From: Antedon mediterranea
Lineage: Eukaryota; Animalia; Echinodermata
Direction: 5' to 3'
Assembly: GCF_964355755.1 (NCBI RefSeq)
Contig: NC_092672.1
Coordinates: 14,260,001 to 14,324,000 of the forward strand
DNA: 64,000 nucleotides
The notes below the pieces were generated by a model that worked only from the letters and a program-made list of their open reading frames with translations, was not told the origin of the DNA and ran no database searches. Position 1 is the first letter of the stretch. Each line of letters opens with the position of its first letter. Made by a program: the position numbers and the translations under genes. Shown in pieces: positions 51,601 to 64,000 of this stretch.

Positions 51601-54600
51601 ATCAAATATTGACATTTACCTCAAACAAATTTTGGGATCACTGGGTCCTTGGCGGAAGTAATAAATTTGAATGTTATTAGACATTTTGAGCCAGCCAAGT
51701 AGAACGTACAGTAATATTAAAATTGATATACCTCATCTAGTAACGACTGCTTGTCTTGAATGACTGTGTTTCTATCGTTCTTATGTGCTTCAAGCTGTTC
51801 ATTCAAAACCTGTGCTGAATTCTCCTACAGTAAGATTTATACAGAACATAAGTATGGCAAGCGGAATAAAGTATTTACTCAGTACTCATGTTAATATTAT
51901 TATGAAATGATGATACTATTTAAAATGTATCTAAATGTCTTTGATCATTAAATGTGTCTTTTATTTCAAAAATCGCAAATAACAAAATGAATGTGAATGC
52001 TCAATGTAAAAACGAGGCTGTCAAACTTTGCCCAGCTATTATGTATAATGATGGTATTATCAACCACATTGATATTAAATTACATTTCTTTCTGGTTTTC
52101 AGAGAATCTGGTATTGAGAGACTACTAAAATAGACTGTACAACCAAAGAATGGCTGATGCTGATTCAAATATTAATAACAAGTAATATATTACTTCATAG
52201 TAGGATGATTTTGTAATTGTAAATACAAAAAACAACACTACTTTAATAAGCTGATTAAACTTTTTTTTCCCTGATATTCAAATTTAAAAGTTTAAAAAAA
52301 AATAAATCAAAGAGCAAATTACTAAAAAATGACAATGCTGTGGGTATCAGAAGCTGATCTCAATGGAGATACAAATGACAATGCTGTGGGTATCAGTGGC
52401 TGGATCTCAATGGAGATACAAATGACAATGCTGTGGGTATCAGAAGCTGATCTCAATGGAGATACAAAATGACAATGCTGTGGGTATCAGTGGCTGGATC
52501 TCAATGGAGATACAAAATGACAATGCTGTGCGTATCAGAAGCTGATCTCAATGGAGATACAAAAAAGATAAGCAAACATCTATAATTAAATGATAAAGTA
52601 AAACAGGAAGAAATTAATTGCAGAGCTTTCTGGCAACATTAACCCTTTGTGCAAAGTGAAAATTAAAAACAAAGTATTTTTGTTCATACCAAATCTTTTA
52701 TCTTGGAAGTATAGAATTCTTGTTGATCATGGAATCTGGATTCTTTCTCTTCTAAAACTAGTTTTAACTTTTCACTGTTTATTTCAAGAAAAAGGAAAAA
52801 CAAAGCAATGTTGATTAATACAGTAATACAGGCTTCTTAGCATAATAGATTAATTAAGAATTTATGTCAGTTGGAAAATGTACAAACAACAGAGAAATTG
52901 ATAAAACCTTATCTTTAGCATGAAAACCAATTTGTTTTCACATGAAATCGGCCTAAAGTCTCAAACAATACAGCATATATTATAAAATTCTGTAGATAAC
53001 ACTGCTGTTACCTAAAATTAGCTAGAGGGCATGATCTTACTTTTCTTGTTTCATCAAATTTTCCCGTTCAATTTGCTTCTCTAGTTGATTTTCACAATTT
53101 TTAATAATATCATTTAATTTTTGATTTTCATTTTCTACTGCTTCTCGTTGTATAGATTCACTTTGTTGTAATCTACCCATCAAGCTTTGTTTTTCATTTT
53201 CTGCAGATTCCAATGCAAACTACAGTATAAAAAAAAAATAAATTATTGTATTAATAACCTCAAATGTTTTAATTTATGTAGAACTTAATTTTAAAAATAT
53301 TTTTGGCTGTATTTGTGTTAAACGATGAAAATGATAATATGTGAATCTTATACAGCACACAATGCTCAAAATCTGTAAGCACTAACTGTTGCAGCTAGTA
53401 ATAAACATGAAGCTGTGTCACCCTGCCAGGTACCCATTTATTTGTACACCCGGGTGGAGAGAGGCAGTTTAGTGTCTTGCCTAAAGCCGATTTTCCACTA
53501 GGCGAATTTGTTCGCGCGAATCGAAAGCGCCAGCTTGTACGCATGTGTATTCATGTTTACATCTTCCACATCCTTCTCTACGCATGCGTATTAGCTGACG
53601 CCTTCGATTCGCGCGAACAAATTCGCCTAGTGGAAAATCGGCTTTAGAACACAATTGTTATGTGACAAGCATTGATCTCGAACTACTGATCACACCTAAC
53701 ATACTGGTCAAATTACTTGCATTGTACATTTGTACTATGTCACATCCAATTGAGAACCACACTTGAAACTGTACACATTTTATTTCTAATGCTAATTTTA
53801 ACACTGTTTTGGTGTTTTCAATATAAAATAATGAAAAACATAACATTAGAGTACCGTAGTACAGTAGATTACCTTCATATTGTGGGTATGTTTGGTCAAT
53901 TCATCAAGTTGTATTTTTAAAGTCTTGTTTTCTGCTTTCAAATGTTCAAGATTAGTAAGAAACAACTGAAATTGATAACATTTAAAAACTGCTGACATGT
54001 GTGGCCTTTTAGGTTTATTTATGGACCCTGTGCTATTTTACAGAATTTTATCTTACACATGAGATGTTGCTTAGCAGTCATTGTACAATGTTTATGCATG
54101 CTGCTGATTGTGATTCAACTACAAAGATATTTTACTGCCATATAATATAAAACTAATGACTTAATATGAATCCAATAGCGCTGCCCATTTTGTCCTTGCC
54201 TTTAGCATATAAACCATAACATTCAAAATGGCAGTTGATCGTAACCAACCTTTTTGGAAAGCAATACTGAATGTACCAGACCAAAAAGGTACTAAATTAG
54301 CTTTAGATCGTTAGTATGATATTACTATACCAGATGTTAAAAAAACAGTCTAAGCTACTGTAGTTAAGTTTCAGTGGCCTAGCTTTTTTTTTATATAGGC
54401 TATGTTAGGCCAAGGAACATGTTGGTCGTTTGTTGATGGACATATTTCACAGTAGGTGTGTTATAACACAAAAAGAATATTTTATATTTGTGAAATGGTA
54501 CAAATAAATTCATCCAGTGAAAGATAAAATTTGTTACCCATAATACTTCAATCAAATGAAATGGAATCCACTATGCATGTTTTAAAAGGAAATTGATAGA

Positions 54601-57600
54601 TTATAAATATAAGGATCATAGCTGGCAAACTAATGACTATCAAGATATAAAAACAATAATACCCTTTGAGCATTATTTTCGTAAAGCCCTCGCTCAGTTG
54701 AAACATCTCTTAAAATACAAAGATTGTTTAAAAAGATACTACTAGTATTTACCTGCATCTCCTCAATTTGTTTTATAATCTGCTTTTCTTTTGTAGCTAT
54801 GAAAATAATAAAATAAAAATCTTTAAAACTTACTCATGTGATGTGATAATCCTACGTCTATATATTTGTGATACCACTCTGTAAATGCTATCCTAGTACC
54901 AAACTCAGAATAGGGTATCTTTGTGATACCATACCAGACTAGATGTCAGTTACCAGTCATTTGTTATCATCAATACTTTAAACCCCTACCTAATTTTAGA
55001 GCAATGCCATATACTGTAATGCCTCTAGCGCTATAAACTTGAAAATATCATTAAGCGACCGAAACTCTGGTGTACAGTATGCAAGAATCAATTTGATTAG
55101 TTTTTGTACATTAGTGTTGCAAACTCTGGTGTACAGTATGCAAGAATCAATTTGATTAGTTTTTATACATTAGTGTTGCAAACTCTGGGCTTGAGCTTTA
55201 ATACAAAACTTAATAAGTGGTTTACATTTATGTTTTCCTTGAACATTAAAATTTCAAATTGTAAAAGTTGAAAATAAATAACGATAACGATGATCAAGCC
55301 GGACTGCTAATATTTACACACTATGATCGTTCATAGTTTCTTATGTCTCTCGAGCATGTTACTGGGACACGCGGACATGAAGTTTTGCAAAACCAAGAAC
55401 AGGCCCGCATGAAAATTGATTCTTCAATCCAGCCTTAGGACATGTTTTTGCCAATATCTTAATCTATTCTTACACTAAAGAGATACTAACAAACAAAATT
55501 AAATTTTTTTAAATTTTAGCTTGACTTACACTTTTTACTTTGAAATGATCAGATCTTAAAGTGTACAAAAAAAGTAAAAAACATAGTCGTGTTGTAAAAA
55601 AAATTGTCAGCGTGTACCTATTTTTTTCACAAACAGCAATGACGTAATTTGTGAATCATTTGATTGACCAGTTTTAACGACCGTAACGTTGAAGTTGAAC
55701 TCCGGTACACTTCAATGATTGCATATTTTCACAATTTTTAACTTTAATTTTTACCCAGTTTTCCTGTAAAATCGTTGAATCCGGTCAACTCAACGTAACT
55801 TTACATAATGCAATGTCGACAGTAAAACAAGCTTAAATAATCAAATAGACTACTAGTATGTTTTAATTTCAATTTTGCATTGGTTATAATTAATTTTTTG
55901 CAGTGTTTTGTTACAAAGCAATTTTATTTTGAAATATCTAATGATTAAAAAACATACAAAAACATAAAATGTATTTTTAAAATAAAACAAGAAATAGCAA
56001 TGGTTGCTGACTTACCTATTTCCATCCTTGACTTTTCAAGTAAATTCTGAATATAAATTTTTTCCTTATTTAAATTTATACCTTCATCTTTCAAAATCGC
56101 ACAGCTTTTAGAAAAACTTTCTATCTGAAAATGAAGGAAAACCATTACAAACGAACATTAGTAAATGTATTATCCACTGAAACTGTGAATTCAGCGGCAT
56201 GAGCAATGACTGTTGGAATGGCGCTATATAAATCGAATGATTGATTGACGATTGATTGAATACCTACAGTTGAATTACATACTGTAGGCTGAAACAAGCC
56301 AGTAAATGGTTTTCATTGGGCCTGTTTTCAGTTATAACTTAAACTATGCCGAGTTGTGTCAACAAGATTCAATGATTTGACACAGATTGCTGGTATCATA
56401 ACATATTCTAGGTAGTAGAATTCATTGTACTGAATGTATTTGATTATACATGTTACCAAATTACACCCAATAAAAAATTCCTCCCTCAAATACTGTAAAT
56501 GCATCTAAAAACCTTACTGAACAATAAATATTTATTGGAATAAATATGGTATGCCCAAATATTTCTTGAACTCTCGAAGCATGACAGAGTTTTATACTTT
56601 TAAGTTCTAATCTTTCAAAGCTATTTATGCAGTCTCAGTTGAGTGTGGGCGGCCAGGGTTTTGAAACACTCCATGGCCACGTTTCCTGACAATGCAATGA
56701 GAAATGTCAAACTAAGGTTAAACTATCTAAACTTTAACAATGATTTAAAAATTGTGTAAATATCTGGCGAGATCTTCCTTATTATAATTTTTCAACTTGA
56801 ATGTTAAAACTTAATGAAAGTTAACTTTAATAGGAAACAGGCTTTTGACAGTACTGCATGAGGCGCATCATTCATTTAGTAATGGCCTTTCACTTCTAGG
56901 TATGTAAAGCCACTTTTGTTGGAAAATTATACAGTACTTGGCATATCCCTTAATACATTTGAAGTTAGTGCATGGTCAGTTTTCAAAAGTAGCCTGTTTG
57001 ATATATTTTAATGTTATTTATTGTAGCAGATTACCTCTTTCCTTTCCTGATGGGCAGTAGTTTCTAATTGTTGCAGTCTTTCCATCAGTGCATTGTGAGA
57101 CTGCTCTAAGCTGTTCCTTAGCGATAACTCTCTTGCTAATTCTTCTCTTGTCTAAAAAAACATGAAATGTACTGTACAATCAGGTGTGTTATAATTAAAA
57201 AAAACCGATGAAGATGCAGAATATTATAGTGCATGCTAAGAGAATCAATCAACAAATACTATACAGATATACTACCTCTCCAAGTTGTTTATTAAGCTTC
57301 TGTTTACTGATCCTAAGATCCTCATAGTTTAAAGCAAGTTCAGTCTGAAAATATAAATATATTAAATTACTAGTATCAATAAAAGAAGGATTCAATAAAT
57401 AATGTTTCAACAAGTATGATCTGTATTGTGTATATTCAACCCAATTTTGCTGAATGTAAAATGATTAAAATAGTTACAGGTAGGTCTACCATATAGCAGT
57501 ATATCTTAAATCTGGATTTTAAAATGTTTTTGTATTTACTGCATGTATGAATTTAAATATAAAAACACTTTTAGTGTGAACTAGTTTTCTTGCACACACA

Positions 57601-59900
57601 AGGCATGTTGTAAAATCTGGTGTTTCTTGAAGAATATTTGCTTTAATATGTTAATTTATTAACGGAAAACTTTGAAGTTTCGTAAAATGTCTAATCTTAC
57701 AATCTGTGCTAATAATCTTTTAGCTTGGTCTAAACAAAGTAATATTAAATTGAATCCAAAGAAATGTCACATTATGGACATCTGCTTTTCAAAAAATCCC
57801 CCCTCTCCCCCCTAGTTATATTCTCGAAGACAAATCTATTATCAGTGTAGAGTTTGTTACTTTGTTTAAGTGTTGTATTACAGTCCGACTTAAAATGGGC
57901 CAAACATGTTGCGTCTATGATAATGAAGGGAAACGGTAAACTGTATTATTTAGACCGGTGTTAGAATAAGCTGTTTGGAATGGAGGTTTGAAATCAAACC
58001 ATATTAGCGCAATTGAGCAAGTTAAGAAACATGCTTTTTGTTTTGTTAAGAAGAAATTATAACTCATACAATAATGCTTTGATTGTGTTGCGCCCAAAGA
58101 GCCTTAGTGAAAGGCGTACAGATCTTTATATGTCCTTTGCGAAATCCATTTTGAATCCCAACTCTAAGTTGTTCCCACTTCTTCCACCTTGAGGTAATGC
58201 TATTCATAAATATTATACCCGCAATGCTGACAGGAAACGTGACATTATTTGTAAAACGGTGCGTGACAAGACTAGTTCCTTATCATAGTACAGTTAATTA
58301 TGAGTTAAATTTGTAATATGTTAAATTTTTTTATTGTAATCATTTTCCGTTGTTTTTCCTGCTGCTAAATTTTATGAATGTATTTTGTATTTATATAATT
58401 GAATTGAATAAAATATACCAGTGATATATACGTAGCAGTATAACACAAGAAATGACCTGGTTTAATGTTTTTAAAGTTATATATAAAGGCATTATTTTTA
58501 CAAAATGTCAAAAATTGTGTCAAGTGTCTTTAAATTTACAGCAACAGCTATGATGAGTGTGCGCTATGAAATCGTAAATCTTGCAATTGTTCTGAAATCG
58601 TACATCCTAATAAGTTGTCAAAATATGGTTCCCAGTAAAGTTGTCCTTTAAGATTTAACCAAGGCAATATAAGATAACCTAAACCTCTATCTAACCTAAC
58701 AGAATGCTGAGCTCACCTTCCCAAGATAGGAACTCGAAACAGTCATTGATCTTATGAATGATCTTGATCAAATACCAATAACAGTACATATTCTCTGTAG
58801 CGCGGTGTCTGTTAAGGGGCATGGAACTGATTGTGTAACATCCACAGATAAACCATATGATCTGCAGAACTCAGCACCCTGTTGTTAGATTGCCTTGTTT
58901 TAACAAGCGGAGTATAAAAACCAAATATGCAAGAAATGTCTACTCTTGAAAACATTAAACAAGCTTGATAAATATAACTATTTTAATAAAACATGTTCTG
59001 TCATGGGTTTATATAGGTTGTTACCTTGGCCTGTACTGACTGCTCTAGGGCAGAAGACAGCCTTCTACACGCCTCTTCAGCCTCCTGTCTCTTCACCATG
59101 TTTTCTTTGGATTCCTTTCTAGCTGTGGCCAAGTCCTTCAATAATTTTTTCTTCTCATTTTCATGAGATTCATTAATTGACTGTAATTTTTCCTGCAGAA
59201 TTGGTAAAAAGAAATTGTAAGATAAAAATAATTTAGTTTATAAAACTGATGATTCTTTATTTATTTGTTTAAATGTGTACAATGATAAATCAAGTAAATT
59301 ATCTTTGTTCATAAATTTAAGAAAATCATCAAATCAACAGAATAGTGTAGCTATCAAAATTGTAGGCAGGTCACACATATACAGGAGTGAAAACAAACCT
59401 CTAATAGTACGGAAGTAACTAGATGTGGAGGTAATGCCTATTTTAAACTAAAATTTTACAATATTTTAAGGGGGGGGGGGAGGCGGGAGGGAAATTGTTA
59501 TTAAAAATATTAGAAATAATCATGATTCTATGAATGAGCAAACCTTATTATATTGAGCTTGTTCACTTCTTAAATGACACTGAGCTTGGATATTACACAG
59601 GTTTAATTTTAGGGTTTGCAGCGTGCTTTCATTACGACAAACTCTGCTAACTAAGGTTTCATAATTCCTCTGTAAAATCTCTGCATCTCCAGTCTTGGCT
59701 ATGAAGGGAGACAGTGGCTTGGTATGTTGGCTGCTTTGATCACCTTGACTGCAATCAAATCCCACATGTTCTAGCTGTCTTACTAAGTTAACAGTTTCCG
59801 TTTCTGCAGCTTTTAGTTTTTCTTCAAGTGCTTTCATTGCTTTTCCATCGTTAGCTTTCATATTGTAAGATTTTGATGGCGGAATTGTGGTTCGTGGCAT
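42697..59900 (-). CDS. CCDC150: Coiled-coil domain-containing protein 150-like, about 1046 aa, 22 coding exons
   Basis: Minus-strand exons in phase with GT-AG sites: 59544-59900, 59025-59192, 57276-57344, 57035-57151, 56016-56124, 54753-54796, 53873-53965, 53041-53219, 52690-52774, 51732-51824, 51138-51299, 50661-50852, 50108-50170, 49551-49849, 48541-48634, 47933-48102, 47690-47849, 46297-46458, 45853-46019, 44856-44997, 44027-44170, 42697-42768 (3141 nt). The protein is E/K/Q/L-rich with heptads. The segments LVSRVCRNESTLQTLKLNL, ELARELSLRNSLEQSH, SKNQLAYENGRLQ and YIMKNSEQ resemble vertebrate CCDC150 as I recall it; no search was run. An acceptor at 59937-59938 implies a further upstream non-coding exon. 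Confidence 0.85.
44189..44390 (+). mobile_element. Third copy of the Deu-domain SINE, in a CCDC150 intron
   Basis: Colinear with 42190-42390, with an internal deletion after the B-box. Confidence 0.8.
45560..45679 (+). pseudogene. Full-length degenerate 5S rRNA copy (pseudogene or SINE head)
   Basis: tacggccatactgcgttgaaacaccggttctcgtcagatcaccgaagttaagcaacgttgggcccggtt...tggatgggagaccg...gggtgctgta follows metazoan 5S rRNA with several substitutions and indels. It is a single copy with no oligo-T terminator. Confidence 0.9.
45683..45847 (+). mobile_element. tRNA-derived CORE-domain SINE segment with A-rich tail, abutting the 5S copy
   Basis: A-box TGGTGTAATGG, B-box GGTTCGAG, CORE-like ccttaggcaagatgctttactctcattgcctaatttcctca, and an A-rich tail at 45821-45847. 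Confidence 0.7.
47104..47363. repeat. 38-bp minisatellite, about 7 copies
   Basis: Unit atgaccatcaattaggccacca(c/t)tatagggtatcaaca. Confidence 0.97.
52327..52560. repeat. 46-48-bp minisatellite, 5 units in ABABA order
   Basis: aaatgacaatgctgtgggtatcag[aagctga|tggctgga]tctcaatggagatac, with the two variants alternating. Confidence 0.95.
53485..53643. mobile_element. Palindromic PIF/Harbinger-like MITE nested in a minus-strand CORE-type SINE remnant
   Basis: Near-perfect TIR AGCCGATTTTCCACTAGGCGAATTTGTTCGCGCGAATCGAA with TAA/TTA flanks. The host reads tgtcttgcc[insert]gaacacaa, the reverse complement of the CORE motif. Confidence 0.85.
55062..55188. repeat. 59-bp tandem duplication, about 2 copies
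   Basis: aaactctgg at 55062, 55121 and 55180. Confidence 0.9.
57690..58412 (+). mobile_element. Highly decayed LINE ORF2 3' fragment
   Basis: Disrupted WSKQSNIKLNPKKCHIM, LQSDLKWAKHV, RPVLE and AIEQVKK motifs. Ends in an (aattg)n plus AATAAA tail. Confidence 0.7.
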
Positions 59901-61916
59901 TTTTCTGATTTTATTTTAGAAATACTAGCTATAAAACTGGAAGAAAAAATGTATATTATAAATTTTTAATAAAACATTCGCCATATCTAAGTAACGGCAG
60001 GTTGGAAAGAATTAAAACTAGGAGTAAATTGTTCCCAATATATACATTTATATTCAGTTTAACAGATGATATCACTTGAAAATGACCAGAAGTTGTGGTT
60101 ATTGACCTTTGACATAATTTAATAAGTTTATTCTATATTATATATAAACATAAATTAATAAATATTTGTCATAGAGAGGCAATTTTAATGTCACATTGTT
60201 CACAATATATATGTTTATACTTGCCATAATGCACATTTTGATTATTGTATTAAAATCCTGTAGAGAGCCTATCGGGGTGGAGATTAATTCAAAGAGGTAC
60301 AGTATGAGGGTGGGGGAGGGGTTTAGGGGTGGAGGTGTGCTGGCATGCGGTGGGTGTTTTGTTAACATATATATTATATCTTAATTTAAAGAGAGCACTG
60401 ACCCTGGTGTTTAATTACTCGAAGCAATAACTCCAATAATCTATTTCACATTTTCCTATCTCCTCCTACGATAATTGTTTTTAATAGCTGAAAACTGGTT
60501 GAACAGCTCGAGCACAGTATCATAATGTTGAAGACACGCCAATTTAAAAAATACTATTTTGATAGATTTAATATACGTTTATACAAATGTATTGATTTGC
60601 GATGAATGGAACATTCCAATCTCTCAGACTCCCAGTTAAATTTATGAGCCCTTGGTTTAACACAAGTAGGTAAATTTATGGGCCCTTGGAGAATAAAACT
60701 TATATATAGTATTGCAATACTTTGACAATATTGTAAATATTGTACGTATTAACCATTTTTGGTCGCCATTTGAATCGAAATTGTCTTACTGTGAATGTGG
60801 TTACTGTTAGATATATAAACAAAATATACAAAGAACATTTATTACTGTGACTATGGGTAGATTACTGACAGTTGCTTCTCAACGTTTGTATTAATTAATA
60901 ATTTTTAAAAATATAAACGTCGTAGTGGTGTATCATTACATGTACTTTACTATTTCAATTTTTAAAAAGTTTTATAAATCGTAAATGTTTTACTGTGTTT
61001 AGTGGTATATTATTGATAGGCCTAATAAACATTTAAAACAATATTTCGTTACTGAGTGGATAGAGAATATATTTAAAAATTGTTCTTCCCATCCTCATCT
61101 CCATCCTCCAACTCTAATGTTATTATACAAAACACAAATTGGGCTTGTTTAAATGAGTTCAAATAAAAAAATTGGATTCATTTTTAAGACAAGGCCTAAT
61201 TCCCAGGGTGCTAATTTTACATAAATCATCGTGTCTATTTATTCGTTTCTGTAAACGACAATGTACTATAGTCCTGCGGTACGTACATTTTTTACGCTGA
61301 AATTACTGTGTATTAGAGAACCATCTGTGGACACGACCTAGATGGTACGAGCGAAGCGAGCGTACCATCTAGTAATTCCAATTAACTGAATGTACAGTAC
61401 AATCAATGTCTTTCAGAAAGTGAAGCAGAATGGTCAGAAGTTATTGGACCACATTATACAGTGTTAATACTGTATGTCTTGGGGTTTACTTACTTAAAGA
61501 TTTATTGAATACTTTTCTCACATGGACCAAATGCAAAGGACCCACAGTTCGATCGATACTGTATATATCCGATGCAAAGCCCATTTATAGGCCATAGAGT
61601 ACCCTAAAGGTTCATTTGGGTAAATCAATATGATAGCTTTTTCCATACATGACAAACATCCAGGTATCTCCAGTAAAGGGCATGTATGGCCCATAGAGTA
61701 TCCAGAAGTTACCCATGGTTGACTTAAGGATCGAGGGTGCACAGACAGGCTTTTCAAATGCATTGATCCAATACAGGGGCCAAATGTAGAACTGAACATA
61801 CAGTAGTGAACCGCGATGACCATTTTAGGCAAATCCATATAGGTTCCTTAAGGATTGAGAGTGCCCCGATCGTCTGTCAATCAGTAGAGCTAGCTAGTAC
61901 TAGGGCAACGGCAGCT

Positions 61917-62148
61917 TTGCCAGCGATAACATTTTAATTATGCCGTAGCAAGCCTGTCTCAAATAATGCCAGATTAGGAAAAATAATGGCAAATCCCCAA
62001 AGTGTGGCCCTAAACAGCGCGAGCAACGGTTGCATGTCTAAAAAACGTCTGTAAAACCCCAACTGACACAAAATGAGGCCGTTCAAAACTTATATTTTTA
62101 GTTGTGTGTGTAACTAATAATTCCCAATATCTGGTGTGTGAAAATGGT
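61917..62148 (+). repeat. Dispersed repeat, second copy at 63612-63803
   Basis: ttgccagcgataa...ctcaaataatgccagatt...tggccctaaacagcgc...gaaaatggt occurs twice in direct orientation. Confidence 0.85.
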
Positions 62149-62207
62149 CCTGGTACGATTCGGCTCCGAGACAATTCGCCACACTTAATTTATTGGCATT
62201 GTTTGAT

Positions 62208-62980
62208 CGCCGTGGTTAGGATTCCGGCACCGGAACTCAACTGCACAGCGTTAAGGAATCCGACACGCTATTACGCATGCCCAGATCGAGGTAATCGGCG
62301 ACTCTATACCATGGAGGTTTTTATACCTCATACACGTCTCTCTATACTTATCAACAGCGATGGATCATTCATAGCTGCGCCACACGGCGAACTAGCCTAG
62401 ATGTCTACTAATATGGGATCCACTAATCTAGGCTAGGGCTACCAGTTAAACGTGACCAGTGGGCCTATAGTATTTATTTTGTAATTAAAAAGTGGTTGCT
62501 TCATTCATATATAAACTTCATATCATTATGAATTATATAATTACATGACTAGTTTTATGATTTTTCATAACGCATTATACTGTACATAACAACATGCAAT
62601 CCCAAGTTGATTTTTTGACGGCAGCCACCGCGTGGATGTGAAAAAACTGTTCGGGAAGTCAGGGTCGCAACGCTAAAAACAGCATTACGATTCTTAGATA
62701 GATACTGATACTTATTAATATCATTATAATTATTTTAACGCGTGGCGTAGTCGTATTTTAATTATTAATTCATGTATGGCATACGCCAAGTTTCATCCAT
62801 CGCTCGCGCAACGACTATCTAGGCTACAGAAAATATATATATAACACTCCGACTCTCCGTGGTGTGGCACTGCACTGCAAGCTTTTATTCACTTCCCAGA
62901 GCTCTGGGCATGCGCAATAGCGTGTCGGATTCCCTAACGGTGGGCAGTTGAGTTCCGGTGCCGGAATCCTAACCACGGCG
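62208..62980. mobile_element. Mutator (MULE)-like MITE with about 78-bp TIRs and a 9-bp TSD
   Basis: cgccgtggttaggattccggcaccggaactcaactgc...gcatgcccaga is inverted at 62903-62980. Flanks TTGTTTGAT / TTGTTCGAT match at 8 of 9 positions. Confidence 0.85.
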
Positions 62981-63872
62981 TTGTTCGATATGCATGTTAT
63001 AAGTATAAAATAAGCTTTTTTTATTTTCAGAGAGATTATGAGGTAGTATAGGGATATAAAAGATACAATAAAACAAATATTTTGAAAATATTGCCCTCTG
63101 TTGGCCGCTTGGCGAATGCACGAAATAAACAAATTACAAAGTTTTCGAAGTAATAAATTGATTATAAAATTACGGTTTTTTTTTGTAATTTATTTAAGCC
63201 TATATTATATCAACATTGTCAATATCAATAAATACGGATTGTTAAACACCTTTAAAAACTTGATAAATACCCCCAAAAAATGAATATGAATTTGCTCTGA
63301 AGTGAGACGTTTCGGCCCAATAGTCCTGGGCCGAATCGTCTCAGGGCCGAATTGTCCCGGATTCAGTACTAGAGCCTAGAGGCCTAGCCTAGTACTAGTA
63401 AGCCTAGCAGGCCTAGAACCTAACTAACTAGAGACCTAGTCTGTTTAAATCTTTGATTTAACCTACTACCTCTTCTGCTTACGTTTTCAAATTCTAGATA
63501 GGTCTAGGCCTAGGCTTAGGCTCTACAAAATTTTAAATTATCGCCTCCTTTTTTTTGAATTACACCTTTCTCTTCCTCCTTTTTGTTTTGATTAATTTTG
63601 GAACGCTGGGTCAGCGTTGCCAGCGATAAAATTTAAATTATGCCGTATCCTGTCTCAAATAATGCCAGATTGGGAAAAATAATGCCAGATCCCCAAAATG
63701 TGGCCCTAAACAGCGCCACCAACGGTTTTGTCGTACAAAATTTATATTTTTAGTTTTGTGAGTAATAACTAATAATTCTAAATATCTGGGGTGCGAAAAT
63801 GGTAATTGCAAATGACACCAACACCAACCCCCACCCCTACCCCACCCCAAAAAAAAAAAAACCTGTTACACA

Positions 63873-64000
63873 GGGTTCTAGGACACCTACCCCCTAGACA
63901 GTTACCCCCCGGATGTTTACCACCCGGACAACTACCCCTTAGGACAACTACCCCCCGGACAACTACCCCCCGGACAACTACCCCCCCCCGGACAACTACC
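63873..64000. repeat. GGACAACTACCCCCC short tandem array, probably a DNA-transposon subterminal repeat, running off the window
   Basis: About 7 units of 15-20 bp visible. Confidence 0.7.

Noticed and set aside
1398-52560. Regular repeat arrays as possible CRISPR arrays
   Set aside because: All are head-to-tail units without unique spacers. There are no cas genes and the context is eukaryotic.
62104-63132. Two ORFs sharing AVVRIPAPELNC as duplicated genes
   Set aside because: They are translations of the two inverted TIRs of the MULE-like MITE.

Overview
AT-rich, intron-rich eukaryotic (animal) genomic DNA. The SINE and transposon content is compatible with an invertebrate deuterostome such as an echinoderm, but that is inference. 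No prokaryotic features or CRISPR arrays were seen. Two convergent multi-exon genes were assembled by hand with GT-AG sites and consistent phases. One is a + strand endothelin-converting-enzyme-like M13 zinc peptidase (17 coding exons, 19705-38734, about 758 aa). The other is a - strand CCDC150-like coiled-coil gene (22 coding exons, 59900-42697, about 1046 aa). The rest is decayed CR1/L2-type LINEs, Deu-domain and CORE-domain SINEs, non-autonomous DNA transposons (Kolobok-, MULE-, Ginger- and Harbinger-like) and more than ten minisatellite arrays. I found no clear new multi-gene system. The best leads are a chimeric 5S rRNA-tRNA-CORE SINE candidate, a candidate ECE leader exon whose uORF stop would overlap the ECE start codon (AUGA), tandem arrays seeded at retroelement 3' ends, and an inverted DeuSINE pair between the two genes' 3' ends.
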